This document shows, one piece after another, positions 1-10,654 of a stretch of 64,000 nt of DNA. Below the pieces are notes generated by a model. The model saw only the letters and a list, made by a program, of their open reading frames with translations, was not told the DNA's origin and made no database searches. A program made the translations under genes and the position numbers. Origin of the DNA: an uncultured Acidobacteriaceae bacterium (GTDB lineage: Bacteria; Acidobacteriota; Terriglobia; Terriglobales; Acidobacteriaceae); assembly GCA_963827005.1 (NCBI GenBank), contig CAWGZD010000007.1:1161837-1225836 (forward strand). The letters run 5' to 3'. Position 1 is the first letter of the stretch. Each line of letters starts with the position of its first letter.

Positions 1-416
1 AACAGCTTCGGCCATCTCGTTCTGCATCTCACCGGCAACTTGAACTACTACATCGGCACACAGATCGCGAAGACAGGCTACGTTCGCGACCGCCCGCGCG
101 AATTCAACGATCCGAATCCTCCGTCAAAAGACGAAGCGCTCAAACGCTTCGATGATGCCGTGGCAATGGTTCTCAAGACCATCCGCGCACAATCGCCCGA
201 AGATTGGTCGGCGGAATACTCAGGCATCGGCGCCGACGCCAGAACCGCCTCGAAATGGTCCTGCAGTGCGCCGCTCACATGCAGCACCACATCGGCCAGA
301 TGATCTATCTCGAATTACGAGTGGCAGCGGCAAACCAAGAGCCGATAGAAGTTAGACTGCCTGTTTCGTTTGTTTCCTCTGTGTCTCTATGTGTCCTCTG
401 TGGTGAAATGGTTTAG
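1..416 (+). CDS. DinB-family (DUF1572-like) protein, 5' end outside window, frameshifted
   Basis: Frame 1 from nt 1 reads NSFGHLVLHLTGNLNYYIGTQIAKTGYVRDRPREF. The C-terminal part continues in frame 3 (ORF 204-416: VLQCAAHMQHHIGQMIYLEL), the HHxGQ ending typical of DinB helical-bundle proteins. There is one frame change near 200-250. The 3' end is uncertain because 375-412 is a GTGTCCTCTGTGG-type repeat. Confidence 0.45.
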
Positions 417-1295
417 TGCAGCTAAAACAGGCCCTCACCGCCGCCATCGCCCGCCTCACCGCGGAACACGTTCCCTCCCCGCGCCTGAACGCGGAGCTTC
501 TCCTGATGTTCACTCTCAACTGCGATCGCGCTTATCTCTACGCCCACCCCGAGCGCGAACTCACCGCCGATGAACAACCCGCTACGAAGCTGCGCTCGCC
601 GAGCGCGCCCGCGGCGTCCCCGCGCAGTACATCACCGGCCATCAGGAATTCTGGGGCATGGATCTCATCGTCTCGCCCGCAGTGCTGATTCCGCGCCCCG
701 AAACCGAGCATGTGATCGAAACTGTGATCGAGTTGCTAGCTTCGGCATCCGGCGTCCGGCGTCCGGCATCCGAAAGCCGGACGCCGAAGGCCGGATGCCG
801 AATCGCTCGACGTCGGCACCGGCTCCGGCTGCATCGCCCTCGCGCTAGCCAAAGAACTGCCGCAAGCGGAAATCCACGCCACCGACATTTCCCCCGCCGC
901 GCTCGAAATAGCGCGCGCCAACGCCGCCCGCCATCAACTCGAACTTCGCATCCAATTCCATGAGACCGACTTGCTCGCAGGCTTCGAGAACGATTCCTTC
1001 GACTTCATCGTCTCCAATCCGCCCTACGTCGGCGAATCCGAAGAAGATCAAGTCCAGCTCGAGGTCCGCAAGTTCGAACCGCGGAACGCTGTCTTTGCCG
1101 GACCCACGGGAATGGAGGTGATCACGCGCCTGATCCCGCAAGCCCATGCGGCCCTCAAGCCCGGCGGCTGGCTGGTCATGGAAATCAGCGGAACGATCGC
1201 AGAAGAAGTGCGAGCAGTTGCTGAGGGATTGGAATGAAGTGCAAATCCGGCCGGATCTGCAATCGATCCCGCGCGTGGCGCAAGCGCGCAAATAG
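416..1295 (+). CDS. prmC: release factor glutamine N5-methyltransferase (HemK/PrmC), several frame changes
   Basis: ORF pieces 416-688, 658-963 and 971-1237 plus a last shift near 1215 join to MQLKQALTAAIARL..YAHPERELT / ERARGVPAQYITGHQEFWGMDLIVSPAVLIPRPETE / LDVGTGSGCIALALA / FIVSNPPYV / WNEVQIRPDLQSIPRVAQARK. The GxGxG SAM motif and NPPY motif are diagnostic. Confidence 0.8.
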
Positions 1296-1350
1296 TGCGG
1301 CGACGTTTGTCATCGCGCCCTCGCGGTGAGCTTCTGCCTTTTAGCGCGAG

Positions 1351-2779
1351 CTACCGCGGCACACTCGCCGGCAAAATCTCTTCCACGTCGACAATGCTCG
1401 TCGGATACTTGCCCGTGTAGCAAGCCGAGCAATAAGAAGTCTTCTCGCCCTCGCCGCAGGCTTTCTTGAGTCCTTCGAGCGAGAGATAGGCCAGCGAGTC
1501 CGCGCGAATGTATTCGCGAATCTCGTCGATCGATTTATTGGCGGCGATCAGCTGATCTCTTCGAAGGCGTGTCCACGCCGTAGTAGCAGGGCGAAATCGT
1601 CGGCGGGCACGAAATGCGCATGTGCACTTCCTTCGCCCCGGCATTGCGGATCATGCGCACGATCTTGCGGCTGGTGGTGCCGCGCACGATCGAATCGTCG
1701 ATCAGCACCACGCGCTTGCCTTCCAGCAGCGAGCGCACCGGATTCAGTTTCAGCTTCACGCCAAAATCGCGCACACTCTGGCTGGGTTCGATGAACGTGC
1801 GCCCCACATAGTGATTGCGGATCAGCCCAAAGCGAAACGGAATCCCGCTCTCCGCCGCATAACCCACGGCCGCAGTCACGCCGGAATCCGGCACAGGAAC
1901 CACCAGATCGGCCTCCACCGGCGCTTCGCGCGCCAATTGCCGTCCCAGTTCTTCGCGGCTGGTCTGCACCGCGCGGCCAAACACGATGCTGTCCGGCCGC
2001 GAAAAATAGACGTGCTCAAAAATGCAACTCGATTGCGGCGCGGCCGTCGAATAAAAGCGCGAAGTGATGCCTTCCGGCCCCACCACGATCAATTCTCCGG
2101 GCTTCACGTCGCGCTCGTAGTTCGCGCCGATCAGATCGAAGGCGCAAGTTTCCGAGGCGAAGACGATGGTGTCGCGCTTCTGCCCTTCCAGCGCCGGAAT
2201 GCGGCCCATCGCCAGCGGCCGGAAGCCGCGCGGATCGCGCGCCGCGATGATCCGGTCCGGACTCATCACCACCAGCGAAAACGCGCCTTCCACGCGCCGC
2301 AGCGCATCCGCAATCGCCTCGGGCAGCGTGTGTTCCCGCGAAAGCGCGATCAGGTGGACGATCACTTCGGTATCGCTGTTGGTCTGAAAAATCGAGCCCT
2401 GCGCTCCAGCCGGCTGCGCACTTCCGCGGCATTCGTCAGGTTGCCGTTATGCGCCACCGCAATCGATCCTTTATTCGATTGCACCAGAATCGGCTGCGCA
2501 TTCAACAGCGCCGAGTCGCCCGCGGTCGAATAGCGCGTGTGCCCGATGGCCAGCGTGCCGCGAATCTGCGACAGCACATCTTCGGTGAAGATGTCGGCGA
2601 CCAGTGCCCATCGCCTTGTGGACGCGGGAAGTCAGGCCATCGGAGGTAACAATCCCCGCCGACTCCTGCCCGCGATGCTGCAGCGCATGCAGTCCCAGAT
2701 AAGCGAGCTTCTCCGCCTCAGGATGAGCGAAGATCGCCACCACGCCGCACTCGTCGTGAAATTTGTCAGAAATGAGCAT
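1351..2779 (-). CDS. purF: amidophosphoribosyltransferase, at least 3 frameshifts
   Basis: Minus-strand pieces 2471-2779 ([18 protein letters not shown]-terminal Cys nucleophile), 2362-2577 ([17 protein letters not shown]), 1535-2365 ([17 protein letters not shown] loop) and 1351-1644 ([25 protein letters not shown]). Confidence 0.9.
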
Positions 2780-5224
2780 TCAGCTCCTAGCTCTAGCTCC
2801 TAGCTCCTCGGCTAAGACCAACATCGTGTCCGCCGCGATGCAAGCTTCTTCAATCCTGCCGCCCACCAACTCCGGATCAGTCCGCAAAACAGACTTCCAG
2901 CGCGGATTCGTAAGCTCGTTCAACTCCGAAACTGCCGCCGACACAACCACCTGCCCGTCCAGCGAAATCTCCAGCCGCTCCGGAATCGTTTCCCCAAGCA
3001 CATCCGCGGCAATGCCATGTCTTCCGCTATCTCTTGGATTCGCGCAACATGCTCCCGGGTCGCAAGAGACCACGATGCGGCTCGCATCTTCTCCAAACAA
3101 CACAAACTCCGCCGGAAGCCCGTTCGACGCCAGATTCACCCGCGCACCCACGCCCTTGGCAAATGCTTTCTCTGCCAGCGCCACCGCCAGCCCGCCATCC
3201 GCAGCAGTCGTGCACCGATTCCGCCAGGCCCTGCTGAATCAGTTCAATCACCGCCTTCTGCAGCGCCGCTTCTTTCTCCAGATCGAGTTCCGGAGGATAT
3301 CCCCACAGCGCGCCCAGAATTTCTTTCGCGTATTCCGACGATCCAAACTCGCTCTCCACATCGGTGATATCGGCTGCTTCGCCCGCGCGCAATAGCACGA
3401 TCGTGCGTCCGGCCGCGGCGAAATGCATCTTCGCGGTCTTGTGCACGTCGTCGAGAATCCCCACTACTCCCAGCACCGGCGTGGGATAAATGCCTTCGCC
3501 CAGCGTCTCGTTGTAGAAACTGACATTGCCGCCGGTGATGGGAATCTCCAGCTCCTCGCAGGCCTTGGTGATGCCATCGATGGTCTGCGAAAACTGCCAC
3601 ATGATGTGCGGCTTCTCCGGATTGCCAAAATTGAGGCAATTGGTCGCGCCCACGGGAGTTGCTCCCGAACAAGCCACCTTGCGCGCAGCCTCGGCGACGG
3701 CATGCATCGCGCCCAGCCGCGGATCGAGATAGCACCAGCGGCCGTTGCCATCGAGCGCCATCGCCAGCCCACGCTGCGGTGCATCTGGGTTTGGATTCTT
3801 GATGCGAATCACGCCCGCATCGCCCGCTCCCGGCGCTTCGACCGTGTTGGTTTGCACCATGTGATCGTATTGCTGCCAAACCCAGCGCTTGCCGCAAATG
3901 TTCGGGCTGGCCAGAAGCTGCTTGCAGATTCTGAGTGAAAGTCGCTGGCCGCCGTTTAAGCTTGATGTGCTCCGGCATCTCGCGCGGCACCGGAGGCTCC
4001 CAGCGCGCCAGCGGACGTTTATACACCGGCGCATCGTCGGTAAGCGCCTGATTCGGAATCTCGGCGACCACTTCGCCGTGATGCAGCACGCGCAATTTGT
4101 TGTCGGTAGTGACTTTGCCGACTTCGACCGCATCGAGTCCCCACTTTTCAAAAACGCGGAAGACTTCCTGCTCGCGGCCTTTCTGCGCCACCAGCAGCAT
4201 GCGCTCCTGCGACTCGCTCAGCATGATTTCGTAAGCGGTCATGCCGGTTTCGCGTTGCGGCACGCGATCGAGTTCAATCTCGATGCCCACGCCGCCGCGC
4301 CCGCCCATCTCGCAGGTCGAACAGGTAAGTCCCGCCGCGCCCATGTCCTGAATACCAACACGATCGCGCCCGTCTGCATGGCTTCAAGGCAGGCTTCGAG
4401 CAGCAACTTCTCCAGAAACGGATCGCCCACCTGCACGTTCGGCCGCTTCGCCTCCGAGGCTTCGCTGAATTCTTCGCTCGCCATGGTCGCGCCGTGAATG
4501 CCGTCGCGTCCGGTCTTGGCGCCAACATAGATCACCGGATTGCCTTCGCCGGCGGCGCGCGCGTAGAAGATTTCGTCCTTGCGAACCAGGCCCATGGCGA
4601 AAGCATTCACCAGCGGGTTGCCCGAGTAGCAGGGCTCGAACTTCGTTTCGCCGCCCAGGTTCGGCACGCCAAAGCAGTTGCCGTAGGAAGCGACCCCGCT
4701 GACCACGCCTTCGAGGATGGAATGGTTGCGATGAATCTCAGCTTTTGTGGGGACACGCCTCGGCTGTCCGGCCGCGTCGGGCGACTTTCATACATGCGTC
4801 GCCCGTGATCGGTCCAAACCGCAGCGAGTCCATCACCGCGACCGGCCTCGCGCCCATGGTGAAGATGTCGCGCAGGATTCCGCCCACGCCCGTGGTTGCG
4901 CCCTGAAACGGCTCGATGAACGACGGATGATTGTGCGACTCGATCTTGAACGCGCAGGCCCAGCCGTCGCCGATGTCGATGATGCCGGCGTTCTCTCCCG
5001 GCCCTTGCAGCACGCGCTTGCTGCGCGTGGGCAGTCGCTTCAGATGCACGCGCGACGATTTGTAGGAACAATGCTCGCTCCACATCACGCTGAAGATGCC
5101 GAGTTCGGTCAGCGTGGGCTCGCGGTCTCCGAGAAGCTGCTTTGATTTTTTCGTACTCGTCGGAAGTGAGGCCGTGCTGCCGGAGGGTCTCCGGAGAAAA
5201 GGCAGAGGTCATGGAGGTGGCCAT
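2780..5224 (-). CDS. purL: phosphoribosylformylglycinamidine synthase subunit PurL, multiple frameshifts
   Basis: Pieces 4607-5224 ([28 protein letters not shown]), 4738-5088 ([38 protein letters not shown]), 4239-4706, 3244-4344, 3027-4151 and 2780-3184. The stop at 2780 abuts the purF start at 2779. Confidence 0.9.
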
Positions 5225-5825
5225 GGGGAAACTCTATTGTCGCATTTAGCGGCGCGGCTGGGTAGGGGCCGCCATGACCATTTTTGACCGGAAAATTGCT
5301 GCCACATAGTCGGGACGTGCCGACCGCGAACCACCCTGCCGCGACGCCGAATGTTTTCAACAGCTTATCTGCAAGCTATTGAAACGACGCCGCGCGAGCC
5401 TACGACCGGCTCCAGCCGCTACAATGTCGTTTGTTTTCATCGTGCGTTTTATTAAGTGACTGAAAACAGGAGAAGGGCGATGAATCCGGCGTTTTCAAGC
5501 GGCAGATAGAATCGCGCGCGAGATGCCCCTGCAAGGCATGTAATCGGCCCGTGAGCGCACCTAATGGTTCGAGGCGCCCCAAAAGCTTATCCAAGAATCT
5601 GTTGGCTCTCAGATCGCCTCTAATGCGAAATTCGCCGCAACTCGTTGAAAATGTTTGTAACTTATTGAAGTTATCCAGAAGCTATTGAAAAGATTGGCGC
5701 GAGACTTGACCTCGTTCGACTCGGCCAGTGCAGGGCACCGCGGACAGGGGATGGTTGTAGAGAATCCCCCGCGCCGAGAGGACCGAAGCCCCGCCTTTTT
5801 CACTCACCAAACTCTTTCCGGTAAG

Positions 5826-7802
5826 ATGGCCACCCAGATGAAATCCATCATCGTAGGAACGGCGGGGCATATCGATCACGGCAAGACGGCGTTGGTGAAG
5901 GCGTTGACCGGGAATCGACGCCGACCGGCTGGAGGAAGAGAAGCGCCGAGGCATCACCATCGACCTCGGCTTCGCGCACATGGACTTGCCTGCCGGTGCT
6001 GAATAGCGAGATGAAAGGCGAGATGTTGCGGCTGGGCTTTGTCGATGTGCCCGGGCACGAGCGCTTCGTGCGCAACATGCTGGCGGGCGTGGGCGGCATC
6101 GATCTGGTGCTGCTGGTGATTGCGGCGGATGAGGCGATCAAGCCGCAGACGCGCGAACATTTCGACATCCTGCAACTTCTGGGCGTGCAGCGCGGCATCA
6201 CGGTGTTGACCAAATCCGATGCGGTGGATGCGGAGACGCTCGACGTGGTGCGGCTGGAGGTGGAAGAGTTTCTGCGCGGGACGTTTCCTGGATGACCCAG
6301 ACCAGATGGCCAACTCAATCGTCGCCGTGAGTTCGTTGACGGGCGCGGGACTGGAAGACCTGAAGCGGGCGATGGTTGCGGCGGCAGCCGAAGTGCGGCC
6401 GCGGGATTCGCAGGCCATCGCCCGCCTGCCGATCGACCGCGTGTTCACCATGAAGGGCTTCGGCACGGTGGTGACGGGAACGCTGGTGGCGGGAACGATT
6501 CGCCGTGAAGATGAGCTGGAGGTTTTCCCCACGGGGCGACGCGTGCGCGTGCGCGGCGTGCAGGTGCATGGGCAAACTGCGGACGCGGCAGTTGCCGGAC
6601 AGCGCACCGCGCTTGAACCTGGCGGGCGCGAGCACCGAAGATTTATCGCGAGGCATGACACTGGCGCCTCCGGCGACGTTCGAGACAACGCGGCAAGCAG
6701 ACGTGCGGTTGCGACTTATTGCCTTCCGCGCCGCGTCCGCTGAAAAACCGCGCGCGCGTGCATTTTCATTCCTACACGATGGAGACCGTGGCGGAAATCG
6801 TGCTCCTCGGCAACGAAACCCGCGGTCGAAGATCGAAGGCAGCATTGCGCCGGGCGAGGAAGCCTTCGCTCGCCTTAAGCTGCCGGAAGCGGCACTGCTG
6901 TTGCCGGGAGACCGGTTCATCATCCGGCAATTTTCGCCGGTGGTGACGATTGGGGGCGGAGTTGTGTTGGATGCGGCGCCGATGCCGCGCATGCCGGGGC
7001 AGAGCGACTTCCTCGGAATGCTGGCCGCGGCGATGCAGAAGCAATTCTGAGAGGCGCGAATCGCGCGGCGGCAGCACGAAGGAATCTCGATGTCGAAGCT
7101 TGTGGCGGAGACTGGATGGCAGGAAGTGTCATAGAACGCCAACTGGCGCCGGCAGTCGAAGAAGGTCAGCGTTTTGCGGATCGGAGGCCGGTAATTGTTG
7201 CTGCACCTGCCGGCGCTGAAACGCTGAACTGCAGGTGTTGAGCACAGTCGGAGAATTTTCACAAGAAGAATCCACTCGTGAGTGGCATCAGCCAGGAAGA
7301 ATTGCGCGAGCAAGTCGGAGCGATCCCGGAAGTGTTCAACGCGCTCTCGGCCATGCTGGTCCGGGATAAAAAGCTCGAGGTGGCTGGAGAGCTGGTGCGG
7401 CTGCCGGGTCACGGCGTAGTGATGAAGGACGAAGAAGCAGAATCGAAGAAGAAGATCGAAGACGCGTTTGCCTCGGCAGGATTGAAAGTCCCCGCGCTGC
7501 GAGAGGTGATTGCAGGATTGAAGGTGGACAAGGTGCGGGCCCAGAAGATCGTGACTTTGCTGTTCCGCGACAAAGCATTGATCAAGGTTTCCGACGAGCT
7601 GGTTTTTCATCGCAGTGCGCTGGAAGAGTTGCGGCGGCAAATGGCGGCGTACAAAGTGAAGTCGGCGAAAATCGATGTGGCGGCAGTTCAAAGAGATGAC
7701 CGGGGTAAGCCGCAAGTATGCGATTCCACTGCTGGAATATCTGGATCGCGAGCGAGTGACAAGCGCGTGTGGGAGATGCGCGCGAGATTCTTTAAGAATT
7801 AG
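5826..7802 (+). CDS. selB: selenocysteine-specific translation elongation factor SelB, multiple frameshifts
   Basis: [21 protein letters not shown] (G1), [10 protein letters not shown] (G3), LTKSD (G4), domain [20 protein letters not shown], and a C-terminal winged-helix block [25 protein letters not shown] read in shifted frames. ORF pieces are 5685-6002, 5996-6295, 6219-6743, 6505-7050 and 7278-7802. Confidence 0.85.
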
Positions 7803-7827
7803 TCATGCGCGATCGTGATATGGGCAA

Positions 7828-8425
7828 TTAAAACGCTGATACAAGCAAAATTTCTCGACTGATCCAATGGACAATCTTCTTAATCCGTGGCGTCTTAGAT
7901 TTTTCTTCCGGAAATTCCAGTTCCAGTCCGAGCGGGTCGGTGACGCGGTTGGTGAGGTTCGCGAGGCCGGCGAGCATGTGCAGATCGACAATCTCCGGCA
8001 TCGGAAAAATGCTTCTTCAGTTCATCGAAATCCGTCATCGCGTGATTTCGTGCGGGGCGCGAGTCAGCTTTCTCGACATAAGTCAGCGCCGCCCGCTCTT
8101 TCTCGCTATAAGTGCGAATAGTTTCCTGCCTTGAGCGCTGCCCAGTCTTCGGCAGTGAGCCCAGCGCGCTTCGATGAAGCCACGTGGTGCTGCGTGCAAT
8201 AGCGGCATCCGTTGATGAGCGAGACGCGGAGGTAGATGAGTTCGTACAGCTTGCGGTCGAGAGAGCGTCCCACGCTGGCGTAGAAGCTAGAAAATTCTTA
8301 AGCATCTCGGGACGATGAGCGAGCGCTTTCTGCATATTGCCGGGCTTGCCACGAAGCGTCGTTTCGTAAATCTCGCGCACTTCCGGAGATGCGGATTCCG
8401 GGGAGATCAGGCTGATGCGTGCCAT
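7828..8425 (-). CDS. carboxymuconolactone decarboxylase/AhpD-like family protein, frameshifted
   Basis: MARISLISPESASPEVREIYETTLRGKPGNMQKALAHRPEML. The reverse complement of about 8195-8230 gives LINGCRYC (CxxC). The C-terminus EIVDLHMLAGLANLTNRVTDPLGLELEF is read in a third frame and ends at 7828. Confidence 0.65.
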
Positions 8426-8581
8426 CCAATCCTCCGAAGGAGCTGAGAGACTCCTCATGATAGATGAATCGAGGATTCGACGCGACGGATGCGGAGATGC
8501 GGCGCTTGTCCGGCACTATCGAGCCCGACCACTGCAGAAAAACCTCGAGACTGCCGATAGAATTGTAGAGAGCCCAGTCGC

Positions 8582-9029
8582 ATGAAGACCGCGGGATTTG
8601 TTCATGATTCTGGTTTGCGCGCGCTGTCGCTGCGCCGCGGCGCAGGACGGTAACGAGTTTCGGGCGCCCGGTCAAACATTCTTGCGCTGGAGCACGCCTG
8701 GGACCAGGCGCAGGAGCGCGGGGATGCCAAGGCTCTCGCGGCGATCTTCGACAGTTCCCTGGTGTACGTCGACTACGACGGCACGCTGTTAACGAAAGCG
8801 GAATACCTGGCTCGGGTAAAGTCGAACACCACGCACATGGAGCAGATCGTCGCGCAACAGATGAGCGTTGCAAATGTTTGGCGACACGGCGATCGTGATT
8901 GGGACATACCGGGCCAAAGGCGTGGAAAAGGGAAAACCGTATCTTCGGCGGGGGCGCTTTACCGACACCTGGATGTTCATGCGTGGACATTGGATCTGCG
9001 TTGCCGCCGAGAGCAACGCCGATCTGCAC
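8582..9029 (+). CDS. DUF4440/SnoaL-like (NTF2-fold) protein, paralogue A, frameshifted, no clean stop
   Basis: LVYVDYDGTLLTKAEYLARVKSN..FGDTAIVIGTYRAKGVEKGKPYLRRGRFTDTWMFMRGHWICVAAES. Pieces are in ORFs 8762-9544 and 8868-9194. The N-terminus starts near ATG 8582. Confidence 0.5.
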
Positions 9030-9048
9030 TGGGGCGGGCGGGGGCGGT

Positions 9049-9544
9049 ATGCTGCGGGGATTGGTGCGAGGTCGGCAAGGAAATCAGGGGCCGTGGTGGC
9101 GAAACTTTTCTACGTTCTTCTGGTTTGCTGGCGACGTCTGGGCTCGCGCCCAGAGCTCGGCGCAGCCGGATGGCGAGCGAAGCCAGAGTTCTGACCCTGG
9201 AAAATGCATGGAACCAGGCGGTGCAACAAAAAGACACGCCCGCCCTCAAGATGCTGCTCGGCTCCGAATTGATTTACATCGAATATGACGGCAAACTGAT
9301 GGGGAAGGCGGAGTATTTGGCCAGCGTGCAATCGGCGTTGCTGCGTCCCGCGCAGGATTGTGAGCGAGTCCATGGATGTACATCTCTACGGAGCGGCTGC
9401 CGTGGTCAAGGCGTGTATCGTGAAAGTGGCGCCGCGAAAGATGGAAAGCCTTACGCGCTCCGGGAGCGTTTTACGGATACGTGGGTCCGCCGCAGCGACA
9501 GTTGGGTGTGCGTGTCCAGCCAATCCACTTTGGCAACACATTGA
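9049..9544 (+). CDS. DUF4440/SnoaL-like protein, paralogue B, frameshifted
   Basis: ARVLTLENAWNQAVQQKDTPALKMLLGSELIYIEYDGKLMGKAEYLASV..DGKPYALRERFTDTWVRRSDSWVCVSSQSTLATH, with a stop at 9544. Confidence 0.5.
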
Positions 9545-9595
9545 GGATTTCGACAATTTCTTAAGGCGCGCTAAAGTCGTTTCATCTTTCTGCCG

Positions 9596-10158
9596 ATGGA
9601 TTCAAAACAGCCCTCTTGCCATGACCTTGCCCTCTACCCATTCCCGCCGGATGTTCTGAGCGCCATGCCAGATTCCAAGCCCAAGTTCGATCCGAGCAGA
9701 ACTCGTTGCACCAAAGCGCTGATTTGCGGTGTGGTGCTGCTTCTTGCCGCGTCTTTCTTTGCGACTACGCAGGATGAAACCGACATGGCCGCCCGCCGGT
9801 CCAGGGTTATGGCTTTTGAAGCCGCCTGGGGCTTGCCGAGAAAACCAAAGACGCCAAGGCCCTGGACGCTCTGCTGGACAGCTCTTTGACCTACACCGAT
9901 TACGACGGTAGTCTAAAGACGAAGAGCGACTTTCTGGCCGGCGTGAAGGCTGCCGCTCACACTCCCGAGGAAGAGACGGCAGAGTCCATGTCCGCGCAGA
10001 TCTACGGGGACACTGCCGTGGTTGTCGGTGTGTACCGGGTAAAAGGCATCGACAAGGGCAAGCCCTATCTGCGGCGCGGACGCTTTACCGACACCTGGAT
10101 AAATCACAAGGGAAACTGGGTGTGCGTGGCCAGCCAATTTACACTGATAAGCCGCTAG
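9596..10158 (+). CDS. DUF4440/SnoaL-like protein, paralogue C with N-terminal TM/signal segment, one frameshift
   Basis: ORF 9596-9889 (ALICGVVLLLAASFFA TM segment) plus ORF 9886-10158 (TYTDYDGSLKTKSDFLAGV..GKPYLRRGRFTDTWINHKGNWVCVASQFTLISR). Confidence 0.55.
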
Positions 10159-10174
10159 GTTTTCCAACCGGCCA

Positions 10175-10654
10175 ATGCTTTCCATTCGTCCTGCTACGAT
10201 CAATGATGTGACGCTGCTGCGGACGATGATCCGCGAACTCGCGGAGTTCGAGCATGAACTCGATCTGGTCGTCATCCAGGAGGCCGACCTGGCGCGAGAT
10301 GGCTTTGGTGCAAGTCCCAAATTCCGCGCGCTGATTGCGGAGTGGGACCATCAGCCGGCGGGCTACGCTCTTTTCTTCGGCTGTTACTCGACCTGGGTGG
10401 GGCGAAGATTGTTTCTGGAGGATCTGTTTGTGCGCGAGCCGTTTCGCGGCCGGGGGATCGGGAAGGCATTGCTGGCTTTCGTCGCAAGCATTGCGGTGCA
10501 GGAAAATTGTCACGGAGTGCAATGGGAAGTGCTCAACTGGAATAAGAAGGCGATCGAACTCTACAAATCGTTGGGAGCGGAGTTCTTCGATCAGTGGAGG
10601 CCGGTGTTGCTGAAGGACGAGGCGCTGCGGAAGCTGGCGGAGAAGGCGTCATGA
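10175..10654 (+). CDS. GNAT family N-acetyltransferase
   Basis: Intact 159-aa ORF with the acetyl-CoA motif RGRGIGKALL and a WEVLNWNKKAIELYKSLGA C-terminal block. Confidence 0.85.
   Translation: MLSIRPATINDVTLLRTMIRELAEFEHELDLVVIQEADLARDGFGASPKFRALIAEWDHQPAGYALFFGCYSTWVGRRLFLEDLFVREPFRGRGIGKALLAFVASIAVQENCHGVQWEVLNWNKKAIELYKSLGAEFFDQWRPVLLKDEALRKLAEKAS

Noticed and set aside
1622-2533. 303-aa ORF on the plus strand opposite purF
   Set aside because: It is an antisense shadow ORF with low-complexity Arg/His/Ala composition. purF motifs are on the other strand.
5357-5690. Replication origin (oriC) suggested by TTATCC-type boxes
   Set aside because: The boxes carry 1-2 mismatches each. There is no dnaA/dnaN nearby and no AT-rich 13-mer unwinding element that I can see. 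I kept it only as a low-interest observation.
5700-5826. tRNA-Sec (selC) upstream of selB
   Set aside because: The GTTCGACTC-like stretch cannot be folded into a T-arm. There is no acceptor stem and no UCA anticodon arm.
6315-7715. 466-aa ORF on the minus strand opposite selB
   Set aside because: It is Arg/Pro/Ser-rich with no motifs and lies entirely antisense to recognisable SelB domains. It is a typical shadow ORF of high-GC DNA.
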